Assembly: GCA_051313645.2 (NCBI GenBank)
Contig: JBNRSN020000029.1
Coordinates: 21,266,001 to 21,330,000 of the forward strand
Source of the DNA: Centroscyllium fabricii
Lineage: Eukaryota
DNA: 64,000 nucleotides
Direction of reading: 5' to 3'
Made by a program: the position numbers and the translations under genes. This document shows, piece by piece, positions 38,361-50,800 of this stretch. The notes beneath the pieces were generated by a model that was given only the letters and a program-made list of their open reading frames with translations, was not told the DNA's origin and did no database searches. Within the stretch, counting starts at the first letter, position 1. The number at the start of each line of letters is the position of its first letter.

Positions 38361-38636
38361 TCTGAAAGTTGCAACAATCTCTATAGAGGAGACATAATCC
38401 CACCTAAATAGTATCCTTTATTAGTTCAGAAGACATTGTGCTGCCCGTCAGGTTCTTACGTTTAGAAAATGTTGGAAACTTGGAGTTTTCTAATTTTTAT
38501 TTGTTTGATGGTCGTAATCAGTGTCTGCACATCAATCAGATCAAAATAAACAATTTTTATCGATGCACCGACAGCAGGAACAGTGACACAGTGAAACATT
38601 GTTAAAGTTAATATTAATTGATTAGCAGCGACTTAC

Positions 38637-38706
38637 CAGGAACACCAACTATTGCAAGAATAGGGTAGTAAATGTTTTCAATCTGTATGATCACCGGCTG
38701 TCCCAC
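38637..38706 (-). CDS. GPR139-like GPCR coding exon 1 (70 nt, GTG at the expected start); spliced product 324 aa
   Basis: Reads (V/M)GQPVIIQIENIYYPILAIVGVP, followed by donor G|GTAAGT at 38631-38636. The phase-1 join gives the TM1 sequence GVPANL in frame with exon 2. Confidence 0.85.
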
Positions 38707-38776
38707 TTCCGGAGTGAAGCGGCGTTGTCTGTTCGCGTTTTGGAGACACAGATCTTGTGCTTCCGAAATAAGGTCT

Positions 38777-38784
38777 TATTTATA
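38777..38784 (-). promoter_or_regulatory. TATA box of the GPCR gene
   Basis: TATAAATA about 70 nt upstream of exon 1. Minus-strand CCAAT at 38826-38830. Confidence 0.6.
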
Positions 38785-39472
38785 CCTGAGATAAACCTCG
38801 AGTGACACAGGAGCATTACACAATCATTGGCATTAGTTACAGTCATTTAACAAAAAGGTTCAGCTGAGCCCCATTTACTGCTGCTGATCAGAGAGTGGCA
38901 TATTGTGCAATAAGGTTTCATATAGGACATATTTTGTCAATTAAATCTTTTGAAAGCTTCACTCCTAAATTAATAGTACCGACTCCTGAAACAGAGGATA
39001 TTCGTTTATAGGAGCAGGGAAGACATTTGATTAAATTAATGCCCGCATTTGTGGTAGATTATCACCATTTAAATTGTAGATACATTACATTCATTCTTTT
39101 TAAATTTATACACTACATAATATAGATATAGGCCCGCTCCGTTGTGCACTTGTGATGGAAGAATGTTCAGAGATATACAGAAAGTCATGTAGTGGGTTGC
39201 ATACAGCTGAGCATCACCGCGGATTTGCTGAGATGTTGGATTTCAGCATCAACAGTCATTGGGTGGAGTGGAAGGAGACAGGGTCTGGTGTGATATATAG
39301 CAAGTGTGAGAAAGGTGAATGTGCATCAGAATCTCAATCGCCATTTGGAAAGGATGTGGGAGTTTATGGCCATCAATGTTAAGGAATTGGAAGGTGAAAA
39401 ACAGACCATGCCGTTGACGAACCGGATTTTGGGGCCATACCCACTTTATCTATGTTGATGTCAGTCTTAGCG

Positions 39473-39932
39473 TCAACTGTGGCTCAGTGGGTAGCACACT
39501 CGCCTCTGAGTCAGAAGGTTGTGGGTTCAAGTCCCACTCCAAGGAATGTGAGCACATAACGCTAGGCTGATACTCCAGGGGAGTGCTGCACTGTTGGAGG
39601 TACTTTCTTTCGAATAAGACATTAAATCGAGGCCCCGTCTGCCCTCTCACATGGATGTAAAAGATCCCATGGCACTATTTTGAACAACAGCAAGGGAGTT
39701 ATCCCTGGTGTCCTACCAATGTGTATCCCGCAATCAACATAACAGAAACAGATTATCTGATCATCATCATATTGCTTTTTATGGGAGCTTGCTGTGCGCA
39801 ATTTGGCTGCCGAGTTTCCCACATTACAGCAGTAGCTACACTCCAAAAAAGTACTTCATTGGCTGTAAAGCGCTTTGAAAGCTCTGGTGGTCGTGAAAGG
39901 AGCTATAGAAAAGCAATTCTTCTTTCTTTCTT
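39473..39932 (+). mobile_element. Deu-domain SINE (SacSINE1-like): tRNA head, Deu core, L2-type tail
   Basis: A box TGGCTCAGTGG and B box GGTTCAAGTCC. Core TAAAAGATCCCATGGCACTATTT and GGGAGCTTGCTGTGCGCAATTTGGCTGCC. Tail TGTAAAGCGCTTTG...AAGGAGCTATAGAAA followed by (TTTC)n. Confidence 0.88.
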
Positions 39933-39949
39933 GACATTTCAATTGATGC

Positions 39950-40190
39950 AAACTCAACAGATTTTTGAAGGAGAGAGCCCCCGATATCTTCCACCGTTTG
40001 TGTGAAGAATTGTTTCGAGAAATTACTCCTGAACGGCGGAGCTCTCATTTTAAGGTTATTCCCCACTAGAGGAAATCGTTTCTATCTATACACCCTTTCA
40101 AATACTTTATTTATCTTAAACTCCTCAGATAGAACACCCTTAATCCTCTATACTCAAGGAGATACAAGCTTAGTATGTGCAACCCGCCTG
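39950..40190 (-). mobile_element. Old CR1 3' fragment
   Basis: GNNLKMRAPPFRSNFSKQFFTQTVE resembles the CR1 ORF2 C-terminus. Confidence 0.7.
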
Positions 40191-40659
40191 ATGTTCCGTC
40201 TATTGAAATTAATTGGAAGGGCAATTTATGGGATTGTGCCAGTTGATCTTCTCTGCATACTGTCCACCGCGTGGTAAAGACTGCAATCTACACCGTAGCT
40301 GCCGGTGCAATCATTAGACACATTACAACACCCTGACTTTGGGGTTATAGCAGCATGTGTAACTTTGGTTTGTTGGCTCAAACAATTAAATTATGATTTG
40401 AACGATCTCGATTATTACTCATCCTCACCTGATCCCTCCCAAGTTTCCCGAATTACCACCGCTTGCCAAACTTACGCTATCTCCACTATCTGCCCAGAGT
40501 CCTGCTCTCTGGGACAGGGTGGACAGATGGAAGATTGGAAGCTAGGTTTGCAGCGATTATCTACACCCTCGCCAGCATCCTGGATTCGTAGAGGGAACAA
40601 TAGGCTGCCAGTGGCGCTCGCTAGCCAGAAGTGGCTGCTTGCCGATGTCAGAAACCTGC

Positions 40660-41765
40660 AGGTGGGGGGAAGTGTAGCTGTGGGAGTCACTGGGCTTGTA
40701 GTGGATGCTTGTCGAAAGCCAATCGCCAGAAATGGAGATGGAACACTCAAAGAAGGGAAGGGGAGTGTCGGCGGTGAACCATGTGAAGTGGAGGGAAGGG
40801 GGAAATTGGAAGTAAAGTGAATGAACTTATCTAGTTCAGGGCGAGAGCAGGTAACGGCACCAATGCAGTCATCAATGTACTGGAATAAGAGGTGAGGGTG
40901 GGGCCCTGAGTTGGACTGGAGCAAAGACTGTTCTACGTTTCCCATGAACAGGCAGGCTAGCTAGGGCCCATGCGGGTTCCCATCGCATCACCTTTACTTT
41001 GGAGGAAGTGAGTGGAGTCAAAGGAGAAGTTGTTCAATGTGAGAACACATTGAGCCAGGCGGAGGAGGGTGGTGGTGGATGGGGACTGGTTTGGCCTCTA
41101 TTCAAGGAAGAAGCGGAGCGCCATCAGGTCGTCCTGGTGGGGGATGGAGGTGTAGAGCGATTGGACTTACATAGTGAAAAGAAGACGGTTGGGTCCAGGA
41201 AACCGGAAACTGTTAAATTGACGGAGGGCGTCGGAATATTCACAAATGTATGTGGGGAGAGAGTGGACCAGGGCAGAAAAAATGGAGACCAGATAGTGAG
41301 AGATATATTCCGTGGGGCAACAACAGGATGAAACGATGGGTCTACCAGGGCAGTCCTGTTTTTAGACTCTTGGGAAGGAGGTAGAAGCGGGCTTTGCGTG
41401 TTTGGGGAACTATGAGGTTGGTGGCCACAGGGGGAAGATCTCCAGAGGAGGTGAGGTCAGTGACAGTCTTGGAAACAATGCCTTGATGTTTGCTAGTGGG
41501 GTCATGGTCCAGGCAGAGGTGTCAGAGAGTTACCGTTCAGCTTACGCACGGTAGAGTTTGGTTTGCCAAACAACAACACCACCCTTATCAGCAGGTTTAA
41601 TAATAATGTTAGGGTTGTGATTGGAGATAGTGGAGTGCTGCAAGTTCAGAAGGAGGTAGGTTGGAGTGAGAGAGGGGAGCAGAGAAATTGAGATGGCTGA
41701 TGTCACGTATGCAGTTAGCAATGAAATGATCTAGAGAGGGTAAGAGGCCAGAGGGATGGGTCCAA
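40660..41765 (-). mobile_element. Penelope-like element reverse transcriptase fragment (degenerate)
   Basis: LLFQYIDDCIGA, AMGTRMGPS, IIKPADKGG near 41590, and YKP.DSHSY. Frameshifts and stops. Confidence 0.88.
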
Positions 41766-41799
41766 GCGATTTATTTGTACTTCTTGCAATTTAATATAC

Positions 41800-43088
41800 T
41801 GTGGCGACACGCCCACCGGCAGCCACGAACCCGCGCTGGGAAGGCTGCAAAGCGGCCCCGCCCGTCGGAGGACGCACGGACTTCCCCGACGTGATGACGT
41901 CACCAGGTGGCCAGCCGGCAGTGACGTCCCCAGCCGCGGGACCTTTAAATATCTGAGAGCCAGGTGGCTCACTCTCTTTCTCCCTACCTGGCCCTAGCTG
42001 TAACAAGTAGTTAATAAAAACTCTGCATTCAACCTCTCTGTGTCCAGCGTGGTCCTTCAGCCTTGCAGGCCTCAACACTGGTGACCCCGATACCTGAGAC
42101 GTTTCTCAGGTGAACAATGAAGCAGCCACTGCAGGACTGAGGGACAAGCTGCCGCAGCCGAATCGCTACCACCATGCCAGCAGCAACCGACTCAGCACGC
42201 CAAGGCAGACGGGGCCAAGTTTACCTCCCGGTCCCAACCATACCACAATTCTGGGAGCTCCGTCCAGCGGCTTGGTTTCGCAACACCGAGAACACCTTCC
42301 GCATTCATGGCGTGCACGCAGACGACCGCTACAGCCTGCTCTTCGCAGCCCTCGCACAGTCCACCATCGACAGAATGTGGGACACCATCGAGGAAGACAC
42401 TTCTGCTGGCAGGTACGAATCGCTAAAGGCCGCGCTGCTCGCAAAATTTACCCCAACCATTTTCGAGCGCGATTGCCAGGTCATTAACCTCCCCGACCTG
42501 GGAGATGCAGACCCCACCGACTTGTGGGCCCAGTTCGAGGCGCTTAATCGCGACTCAGACACCCTTAAGCGCGCCCTCTACCTCCTTAAGCTGCCGCCCT
42601 CCATCAGACCGACACTGACGGTCTTGGAGCACCTCTCAAACAGGCAGCTAGCTCAGGAGGCAGACAAGCTCATTAAGGCCGAGCGCACCCGCGCCACCAT
42701 GCACCGCCACGCTGCCGCTCAACAAGAGCAGCACCAACCACAACCCCGGCCCCAGCTCAGAGCCGCGCGGACCCACAAAAAGCCACGCACCGCGGCAACC
42801 GGCTGGTGCTACTACCATACCAGGTTTGAGGCCAAAGCGCAGCGCTGCGTTCCGCCCTGCAACTTCAAACCCCAAACCTGCCCCAGCCCCACCATGTGCG
42901 TCGGCCGCTCCGGAGCGCTGCTCTTCGTTACAGACAGTGTCTCAGGCCTCCGTTTCCTCTGCGACACAGGCGCGCAGCACAGCATCGTGCCAGCCTCCCC
43001 CGCAGAATCCAAGCAGGGCACCCAAGGCCCACCACTCGAAGCCGCAAACGGCTCCGAGATACTCACGTTCGGTACCCGCCAGCTAATA
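41800..43088 (+). mobile_element. Young Gypsy 5' fragment: LTR, tRNA-Trp PBS, gag and protease
   Basis: LTR 41800-42077 (TG...CA, TTTAAATA, AATAAA). PBS TGGTGACCCCGA at 42079-42090. CpG-rich and truncated within the protease. Confidence 0.93.
42174..43088 (+). CDS. Gypsy Gag plus N-terminal part of aspartic protease (3'-truncated)
   Basis: Open frame with IPQFWELRPAAWF, WCYYHTRF..KAQRCVPPC and FLCDTGAQHS. The last codons of the tracked ORF run into Penelope sequence. Confidence 0.85.
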
Positions 43089-43630
43089 CTGTGTTCGCTG
43101 GTCATGATGCGGCCTCATCTACATTGGGGAGACCAAACACAGATTGGCTGACCGCTTTGCAGAACACCTCCGTTCAGTCCGTAAGGGTGACTCTGAGCTT
43201 CCGGTCGCCTGTCACATTAATTCTTCACTTCACTCCAAATCTGATCTCTGTGTCCTCGCCCTCTAACGCTGTTCCAGTGAAGCTAAACGTAAACTCGAGG
43301 AACAGCACCTCATTTTTCGAATAGTCACTTTACAGCATTCCGTGCTCAATATCGAGTTCAATGATTTCAGATAATAATCCCTGCCCCCATTTTTCATGCT
43401 GTATGATTTTGCTATTCCCATTTGCTACATTTTCACACCTGTTCTTTCAATCCTTCCTCCCCTCCAAAACGCCTCCGCTCAACTGTCTCTGCAACTGTCA
43501 GTAGCTGTTATGTTTCCAGTTTATTCCTATTCCGATGAAGGTTCCAGGACCCGAAACGTCAACTCAGTTTCTCTCTCCACGGATGCTGCCTGGCCTGCTG
43601 AGTCTTTCCAGAATTTTCTGTTGTTATTTA
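43089..43630 (+). mobile_element. Penelope-like 3' end: GIY-YIG endonuclease fragment plus terminal repeat
   Basis: CGLIYIGETKHRLADRFAEHLRSV..LPVACH, then CCGATGAAGG...CCCGAAACGTCAAC and TTTCTCTCTCCACGGATGCTGCCTGGCCTGCTGAGT. Confidence 0.88.
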
Positions 43631-43639
43631 CTACTTACA

Positions 43640-44460
43640 TATGTCTGAGGAGCAGTGTTTGCGAAGGCTGTGCTCCAGCAAGGAGGTGGTCACTGAGCTC
43701 TATCACCTGCTTCAGCCGGATCTGCAGCCTCAACTGAGGAGCAGAACGTCTCTGTCGGTGGCAGTTAAATAACAGTAGCTCTCTACTTCTATGCCACTGG
43801 CTCATTTCAATCAGCTACCGTGGACATCGCTAATATATCCCCATTCGTGGTGCATTGTGTATCCGTCAGGTGACAATGCCCTCTTTAAAAGTAGACTAGA
43901 GTACATCTCTTTCCCCAAGATCCTGGTCAAGCAGCCAGAGCGCACAATGGGCTTTGCCAGGATAGCGGGCTTCCCCAAGGTGCAGGGCGGCATTGACTGC
44001 AAGCAGGTGGCTTTGCGTGCTCCGCATGACAATGCCGTGGATTTCCACAACAGAAAGGGCTTCCATTCCCTAAACGTGCATTTGGTGTCTGACCACAGAC
44101 AGCTGATACTCACTGTCAGTGCCCACTATCCTGGCAACAGCTACGATGCCTCTTCCTGCGCCAGACTTCTGTGGCAGAACTTTTCCAGCCTCTGCATCAC
44201 CCAGGTGGTTGGCTTCTCCGGGACAACGGATATCCTCTGAGCACCTGGCTGATGACACCGCTCCATATGGGCAGCACCCCTGCTGAGCCGCGATACAGTG
44301 AGAGCTATCAAGCTATCAGGAACATCACTGAACACACAATCGGCGTGCTGAAGCAACGGTTCCGCTGTGTGGACCATTCTGGAGGAGCCTTGCAGTACTC
44401 ACCTGAGCGAGTGTCCCACTTTGTGGTTGTGTGCTGCATGCTGCAGAACCAATCCTCAGG
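43640..44460 (+). pseudogene. Harbinger DDE nuclease (HARBI1-like), frameshifted
   Basis: GFPKVQGGIDC, NRKGFHSLNV, GWLLRDNGYPL..WLMTP, EHTIGVLKQRFRC and LQYSPERV..VVVCCMLQN, spread over different frames. Confidence 0.9.
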
Positions 44461-44779
44461 ACCCTGCCACTGCCACCAGGCATTGCGGCATCACCAAAGG
44501 AGGAGGAGGAAGAGGAGAAGGAAGATCAGGAGTAGGAGGATAATCATCATCAGCTCCATGGCGGGAGGGATGTCGAAACTGAAAGGGCCATCTTCCAAAG
44601 GCTCATAACAAGCTTCTTCTCGGCCCCTTCTGAAGAAATTACTTCTGCCATTGAGAGCAACATGAATGAAAGCAACCCGCAACCCTTAAGCTGCTCAAGG
44701 TATCAATGATGGCAAAGACCAAACATGTTAATTTTGATTTAAAACATTATTTGTTTTACAACACACTGGCCTTCCCACG

Positions 44780-46140
44780 GGGCAGCACCACATCTTCCAG
44801 AGCAATCTGCTGGAGCAGAAATTGCTGGCCTGCTGCGGCGCGGTGAGAGCCCTGTGTAAATGTGTCCAAACCAGTGAGGATGGCAGCATTGAGTGCTCGG
44901 CCGGCCTTAACCTGCGTCTGCATGACAGCAGCCAGTGACTGCACTGCAGCACGAAGCATCTGTATGACGTCTGCCTGTGCTGCAATGACCTGCTCCACAC
45001 TCCTTGCCAGTGACGCCATGCATTTGGGCAACATTCACACTGCATCCAAGAGCTCAATGAGGCTTTGCCCTGCCTCGGCACTCATTTCAGCGAGGAGCTG
45101 CTCCTCCTCTGCATTAAGTGCAGCAGGTCTCGATGAAATACTCTCCCTCCGGGGAGAAAGCCCCCGAGTTTCCCAGCCCCATCGCTTTGCTGCAGGCCAC
45201 TGTGTCCTTGAGCTTTACCCTCATCAGACCAATCATCCCTGCTCACCTCCAATGAAAGCGTGTTCCTAGTGTGGGCCTGGGCTTCCTCGGGAAAGGGTGA
45301 CGGTGATGCTCTGGCATCCTCTTCCTCCTCGCCTTCAGCTTCCCTCCCATTGGCAGCTTGAGGACCCATCTCCTCACTTGGTGAATGGACATCTGAAAGC
45401 AGGGAGCTTTAGCGTCAGGAGAGGAAGGAGAGAGATCAAGAAGGTGATGACCTTACCATTGCTGTCCAGAATGGGGTCAGCATCTCCAGTGGCGACAGGA
45501 ACAATCACTTGCTTCCCACAATTCTCTGCATTTGCACCGCCAGATCACTGCGGGGTTGCAGCTGAGGACACTCTCCACCCGTCCGTTGCTGCTGTCTCCT
45601 ATTGTGCGAAGGTTTGGCCTGAAAGTAAAATGACAGCGGCTGAGTAAATATACAGCCATGGTCTTGCCTGATGTGCCCCCCATGGTTAAATAGTCCTTAC
45701 TGTATACAGCCGTCATCTTGCCTGATGTGCTTCCCATGATTGATTAGCCCTTACTGTATGCAAAGTGTGGAATGTGCATGTGTGTTTGATGAATGGGCCA
45801 TAGGTGTTGGCTGAGTGTTGGGCATTGGGGCTACTAAGATCCTCTGGCCATAGAGTGAGGTTGAGATGGAGGGATGTAGAGGTTTGGTAAAAAAGCCACT
45901 CACCTTGACGACCCGAGTAAGGTCGTTGACGTTTTTCCTGCAAAGAATATGTGTCCTGGGCACCATGCCACTGGAGGAAATGAGCTGAGCCACCTCACTC
46001 CATACTCTTCTGTACTCGCATAGCAAAGGCCTCCTGCTACTCTCTGGGTGCAGAATGGATCATCTGCGCTCCACTGTGCCAACCAAAGCTTCCAAAGCCC
46101 GCTCGGTGAAGCACTGTGCTCGCTCCCTGGCTCTCTCCAT
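44780..46140 (-). pseudogene. Harbinger Myb/SANT-like DNA-binding gene, probably three exons, disrupted
   Basis: ATG at 46140; RAQCFTERALEALV..VERR then a stop; WSEVAQLISS...RTHILCRKNVNDL. Donors GTGAG (~45903) and GTAAG (~45456); acceptors near 45619 and 45395. Confidence 0.78.
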
Positions 46141-46495
46141 GACTGTAATATTTTGGCACAGGTCTCTCCAGGCCGCGATTCAAGGCCCCAATGAGCAGGG
46201 TGTGGCTGGCTGGAGAGCAAGTTCGACCCTCCGATTAAGAACTGACTGGCGCCAGTGTGTCCGTTCAGTCGGTGACTGACAGCACCTACGCTGCGCCTGC
46301 GCTCTGAGGTAGAGCCTCGCTAATTGGCCTTAGCACCTTAAGACAGTTGTTCAGCGCCTGGTTTAGCGCTCCAATCAACTCCAGGAGCGATAAATGCCAA
46401 GATTGCAGTTGGGGGAGATAATTAGTGGCAGGTGCTAAATTTAGTGCACCGCCGAGTATGGCACCACAAATGGGGTGAGAGTAAATTATTCCCCC

Positions 46496-46780
46496 ATAGT
46501 CTCAGATTAAGGGGTAAGACATTTAAGACTGAGATTATGAGGAATGTTTTCACTGAGTGGATTGTGAATCTTTGGAATTTGCTACCTCAAACGGCTGTGG
46601 ATGCTGAAAATTCAGTAATATCAAGGCTGAGGTAGAGATATTGTTGGACACTAAGGGAATCAAGGGATATGCGGAATGGGCAGGAAAGTGGAGTTGAGGT
46701 AGAAGATCAGCCATGATCTTATTGAATGGCGGAGCAGGCTCGTGGGGCCATATTGTCTACTCATGCTTCTATTTCTTATG
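46496..46780 (+). mobile_element. CR1 3' end
   Basis: HSLRLRGKTFKTEIMRNVFTEWIVNLWNLLPQ plus 3' UTR. Confidence 0.88.
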
Positions 46781-46799
46781 TTGATATGTTTCTCTAATC

Positions 46800-47895
46800 T
46801 CACCATATAACTGAAGATCCTCATCCCTGATATCATCCATGTAAACTGCCTTCTCCAAGGCCTTGATATCGTTCAGAAATTGTGTTGCCCAGAATTGTAC
46901 ACAATATCTCAGCTGAGGCCAGAGCAGAGATTTGTAAATGTTTAGCATCACTTCGTTCTATTTGTATTCAATGTCTTTATTTATAAAGCCCAGTATTCCA
47001 TATGCTTTCCTAACTACCTTATCAACTTTCTCTGCCAACTTCAAAGATTTACAAAGAAACATAGAAGACAGGAGCAGGGGAAGGATCATCTGCCCCTCGC
47101 GCCTGCTCCGCCCTTCAATGAGATTGTGGCTGATCATCCAAACTCATTACCCTGTCCCTGCCTTTTCCCCATATCCCAGGATCCCTTTAGCCTTAAGAAA
47201 TATATCCGACTCCTTCTTGAATATATTTAATGAATTGGCCTCAACTGCCTTCTGTGATAGAGAATGCCACAGGTTCACCACTCTCTGGTGAAGAGTGTCC
47301 TCATCTCTGTTTTAAATGGCTTACCCCTTATCCTTAGACTTTGACCACTGGGTCTGGAATCCCCCGCCATTCAGAACATCCTTCCAGCATCTAGACTGTC
47401 TAGTCCTGTTAGAACTTTATAAGTTTCAATGAGATCCCCTCTCATTCATCTTACCTCCAGGGAGTATAGGCTGAATCGACCCAAACTCTCCTCATACGTC
47501 TTTCCTGCCATTCCAGGTATCAGTCCGGTGAATGTTCGCTGCACTCCCTCCATGGCAAGAACATCCTTCCTCAGATAAGGTGACCAAAACTGCACACAAT
47601 AATTAAGGTGTTGTCTCACCAAGGCCCTGCACAACTCAAGTTCAAGTTCAAGTTTACTTTATTTGTCACATACATGAAAAAAGTGCAGTGAAATGCTTAG
47701 TCACAAGCTCCATGTCTGAGCTCTCCGGATAACAATAAATACAAATAATTAATTAACAATAAATGAAGAAAAGGCATTCAATCGTCAGTATGCCGACCTT
47801 TGGCAGCATCTTCAAAGCGAGACATCCTTGTTCCTATAATCGAACCCTCTCCCTACGAAGGTCAACATACCATTTGCCTTCTTAAAATAATCTGC
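46800..47895 (-). mobile_element. Nested CR1 fragments: a younger 3' end at 47057-47635 continuing at 47812-47895
   Basis: ALVRQHLNYCVQFWSPYLRKDVLAMEGVQR and KKANGMLTF..RGFDYRNKDV. The older copy encodes YKSLLWPQLRYCVQFW. Confidence 0.85.
47636..47810 (-). mobile_element. 3' end of a non-LTR retroposon with (TTGAAC)n tail, splitting a CR1
   Basis: The minus strand ends AATAAAGTAAACTTGAACTTGAACTTGA. CR1 coding sequence is present on both sides. Confidence 0.6.
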
Positions 47896-47898
47896 CTT

Positions 47899-50800
47899 TG
47901 TAGGAGACTGTGATCTCCTAACAAATAAATCAGCCAACTCGGTGGAGTAACTGCGAAACTGGTCTTTTCTGTTGAAACTCCCAAAACATTCTGACAACAA
48001 AAGCCCGCAGAATGCACGACGACATCACTAACTGGTCTGTTTTCCCTCTCTCTTAAAGGGGAGGGGAAACCTGTAAATTAAAGGGGATTTTACATGCAAT
48101 TGTTAGGTACAGTACTTTATTGCCCGATGTAGTAATGCCACATGTGCCCTCCCAGAATCCTATTAACTGAAAAACTCAATCGTTCAGGTGACTTGATTAA
48201 ACGGCCGTAGCGGCTGCAGTACTTGGATGGTGGACAAGGAGGAGTGTCTGGGTGGCTGGCAGGTTGAAGAACAGGCGAGTCCGGTGACATCGGACTCGCA
48301 GGATGTTCTATGGGTGACGAGGATGACGAATAATAATAATAATAAGATGATGATTGGCAGGCGGGCAGACTAGCTGACGACAGATGTGTTGCAGAAGGTC
48401 TGCTGTGACATGGAGGAAGATCCGACAGGACCGGAGGACTGAGGTCTAGTTGAGCCGGCTTCAGACGAACCACTGAGATGTAGACCGGCTTTCCGCCGAC
48501 GTACAGAATGAAAGATTTGTCTCCCGCCTCTAAGATATGGAAGGGCCTCTTGTAAGGGGCTTGAATAGGATCTTTGTGTGCATCCTGATGCACGATAACG
48601 AATTCCACCTGGTATAGATCCTTTGCAATGTGGGATAGCTGAGGGCGATGCTGGGACGTGGGCACTGGCAGAAAGCACCTGGCCGTCTTTTTGTCCAGTG
48701 ATCGTTCTATTGAAGCGGACCACGGCTCTGTCATAAGGAGCTCCTGGGTTCGAATCCTGCTTGGCCCGGGTCCTCTCTGTGTGGAGTTTGTATGTTCTCC
48801 CCGTGTTCGTGTGGGTTTCCGCTGGGTACTCCGGTTTCCTCCCACCACCCAAAGACATGCAGGTCAGGTGAATTGGAGGTACTAATAATTGCCCATGAGT
48901 ATGTGTGTGAGATATAGTTCTTATAGTTGGGGGTGTCGGGGGATATGGCGAGAGGGTAGGAAGGGGGTGCTGGGTTTGGATGATCAGCAATGATCTCATC
49001 AAAATGGCAGAGCAGGCTCGAAGGGCCGAATGTCCTACTCCTGCTCCTAGTTTCTGTGTTTCTGTGAGGTAGACGAAAGGAAAAGGGTGGTCCTGAAGCA
49101 CCGAATGCAGAAGGCATTGCAAAGCTTGTGCAGTGTTCTTCAGCCTGAAAGGCATTCTTAGGAATTCAAAAAGGACAAAATGGGTGATGACCACGGTCTT
49201 CTGGATGTCAGCCTGTTGAACGGGAACTTGATGACAACCATGGACCAGATCCACTTTTGACAAGATGAATTTTCCTGCCAGGTGTGCCGATAAGTCCTGG
49301 ATGTGCAGTATGGGGTGATGATCAGGCATGGTAGCATAATTGAGCCTCCTATAATTGGCGCAGGGTCGCCAGCCATCGTCTGGCTTAGGGACAATGTGAA
49401 GAAACGAAGACCAGGGACTATTCGAGCGGCGAACGCCGACCAATGATTCTATTGTTGTGAACTCTGCCTTGGCCATGGCCATCTTGGCTGGATTCAGGTG
49501 CCGAGCATGAGCATATGTGTTCAATGCCATGTTTAGTCGATGTGGCCAAAAAAGTTGGCTGTGTGAGTCCAGGAAAATCTGCCAGAAGACGAGAGTCATC
49601 GTCCAGTGCAGGCGAGGTGCAGGACAAACGAGGGCCGGTCTGTTGGTGTGTTGGCACAACAAAGAATTAAATGTGGCTGCGTTGATGAGGCATCGATCGC
49701 CGATGTTAACCTGAAGGTCTTGGGCACACAGGAAGTCTGCACCAAGCAGGGGCTGTGATAAAGTCCCAGGTAAACTGCTGCCCATGGAAGAAGATTTCCG
49801 CTCAACGTTTTGCATAAGGGCAGATAACGGTGCCATTAGCTGCCACAAGGTGAGGTCCACTCCGGCCCGTCAGTTTATCATGGGTGGAAGCTTGGATAAT
49901 ACTGCACTGCACACCTGTGTCACAGAGGAATTACTGCCCAGAAAGTGAATAATTGATGTAGAGGTGTTTCCCTGCTTAATCGACAGCCATCGTGGTGGCA
50001 GGGGGTCGCTCAGACTAAATCGCCAGTGGCGAGGACTCGGTGAGTTGGGCAGGGTAACCTTTTGTTTTGTTGTGAATGTGCAGGGTGGGCGGCAGCGGTG
50101 AGCCTTCACACCAAAATTGGACAAGAACAGAGGCCTACAGCCTGATGAGGTGGGTTGCATTCCATGGGTTACTGAGAAGATTTTATCTGCCGTGGCTGCG
50201 AGTTTGATGCAGTCCATAATTGGAGAACTGGCGAGGGGAGCCTGGGCTTGCTGGGGGAGCTGGCTTTAAAACAATGCCCGAAAAAGAAAGCATTGTGGCT
50301 CAGACCCTAGAAGTGTTAGCATTCAGCTCATTAACTGGGTAGGGGTGGAGTCTCCAAGGTCCAGTAGTGTGAGAAGCCTGGGAGCTCTCTCTTCTTTGGA
50401 GAGGCTGAAAACCTGCAGGAGTCTGTTTTTAACTGCTTCATACTATCCAGTTTCTGGAGGATATTCCAGAAGATTGATGATTTCGAAAGCAGTGGAGCTT
50501 TCGAGGGCCGATAAGATGTTGAGAAATTTGGCTCAGCATGGACAAACCATGCAGGTGCTTGCTGCTACAAAAAGAAATGCAGTTTCAAGGCCGCAGCGCT
50601 GGTTGCCATGATGCTGCGTAGGTCGGCAAAAACGTTTACCGACTTTGGGCCACCAATGTCGGAGATTGTGATCTCCTAACAAATAATTGAGCCAACATGA
50701 AGGATTAACTCAAAAACAGGTCTTCACTGATCGAACTCCAAAACAGTCTAAACAAGAAAGCCCGCCAAACGCGTGATGACATCACCACGTTGAGTCATGT

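Larger units (their letters stand above)
43640..46495. mobile_element. PIF/Harbinger DNA transposon remnant with convergent nuclease and Myb/SANT genes
   Basis: Two-gene convergent layout typical of Harbinger. Probable right terminus ...AAATTATTCCCCC at 46495. The left end is missing. Confidence 0.85.

Noticed and set aside
43640-44460. Domesticated host HARBI1 gene
   Set aside because: It is frameshifted, 5'-truncated and paired with a decayed Myb gene, so it is a transposon remnant.
45649-45760. Two-copy ~54-bp tandem duplication
   Set aside because: An ordinary diverged duplication in a transposon intron.
48370-49860. 496-aa ORF fusing RT to novel sequence
   Set aside because: It is a chance read-through of decayed Gypsy RT into an antisense SINE and out-of-frame integrase.
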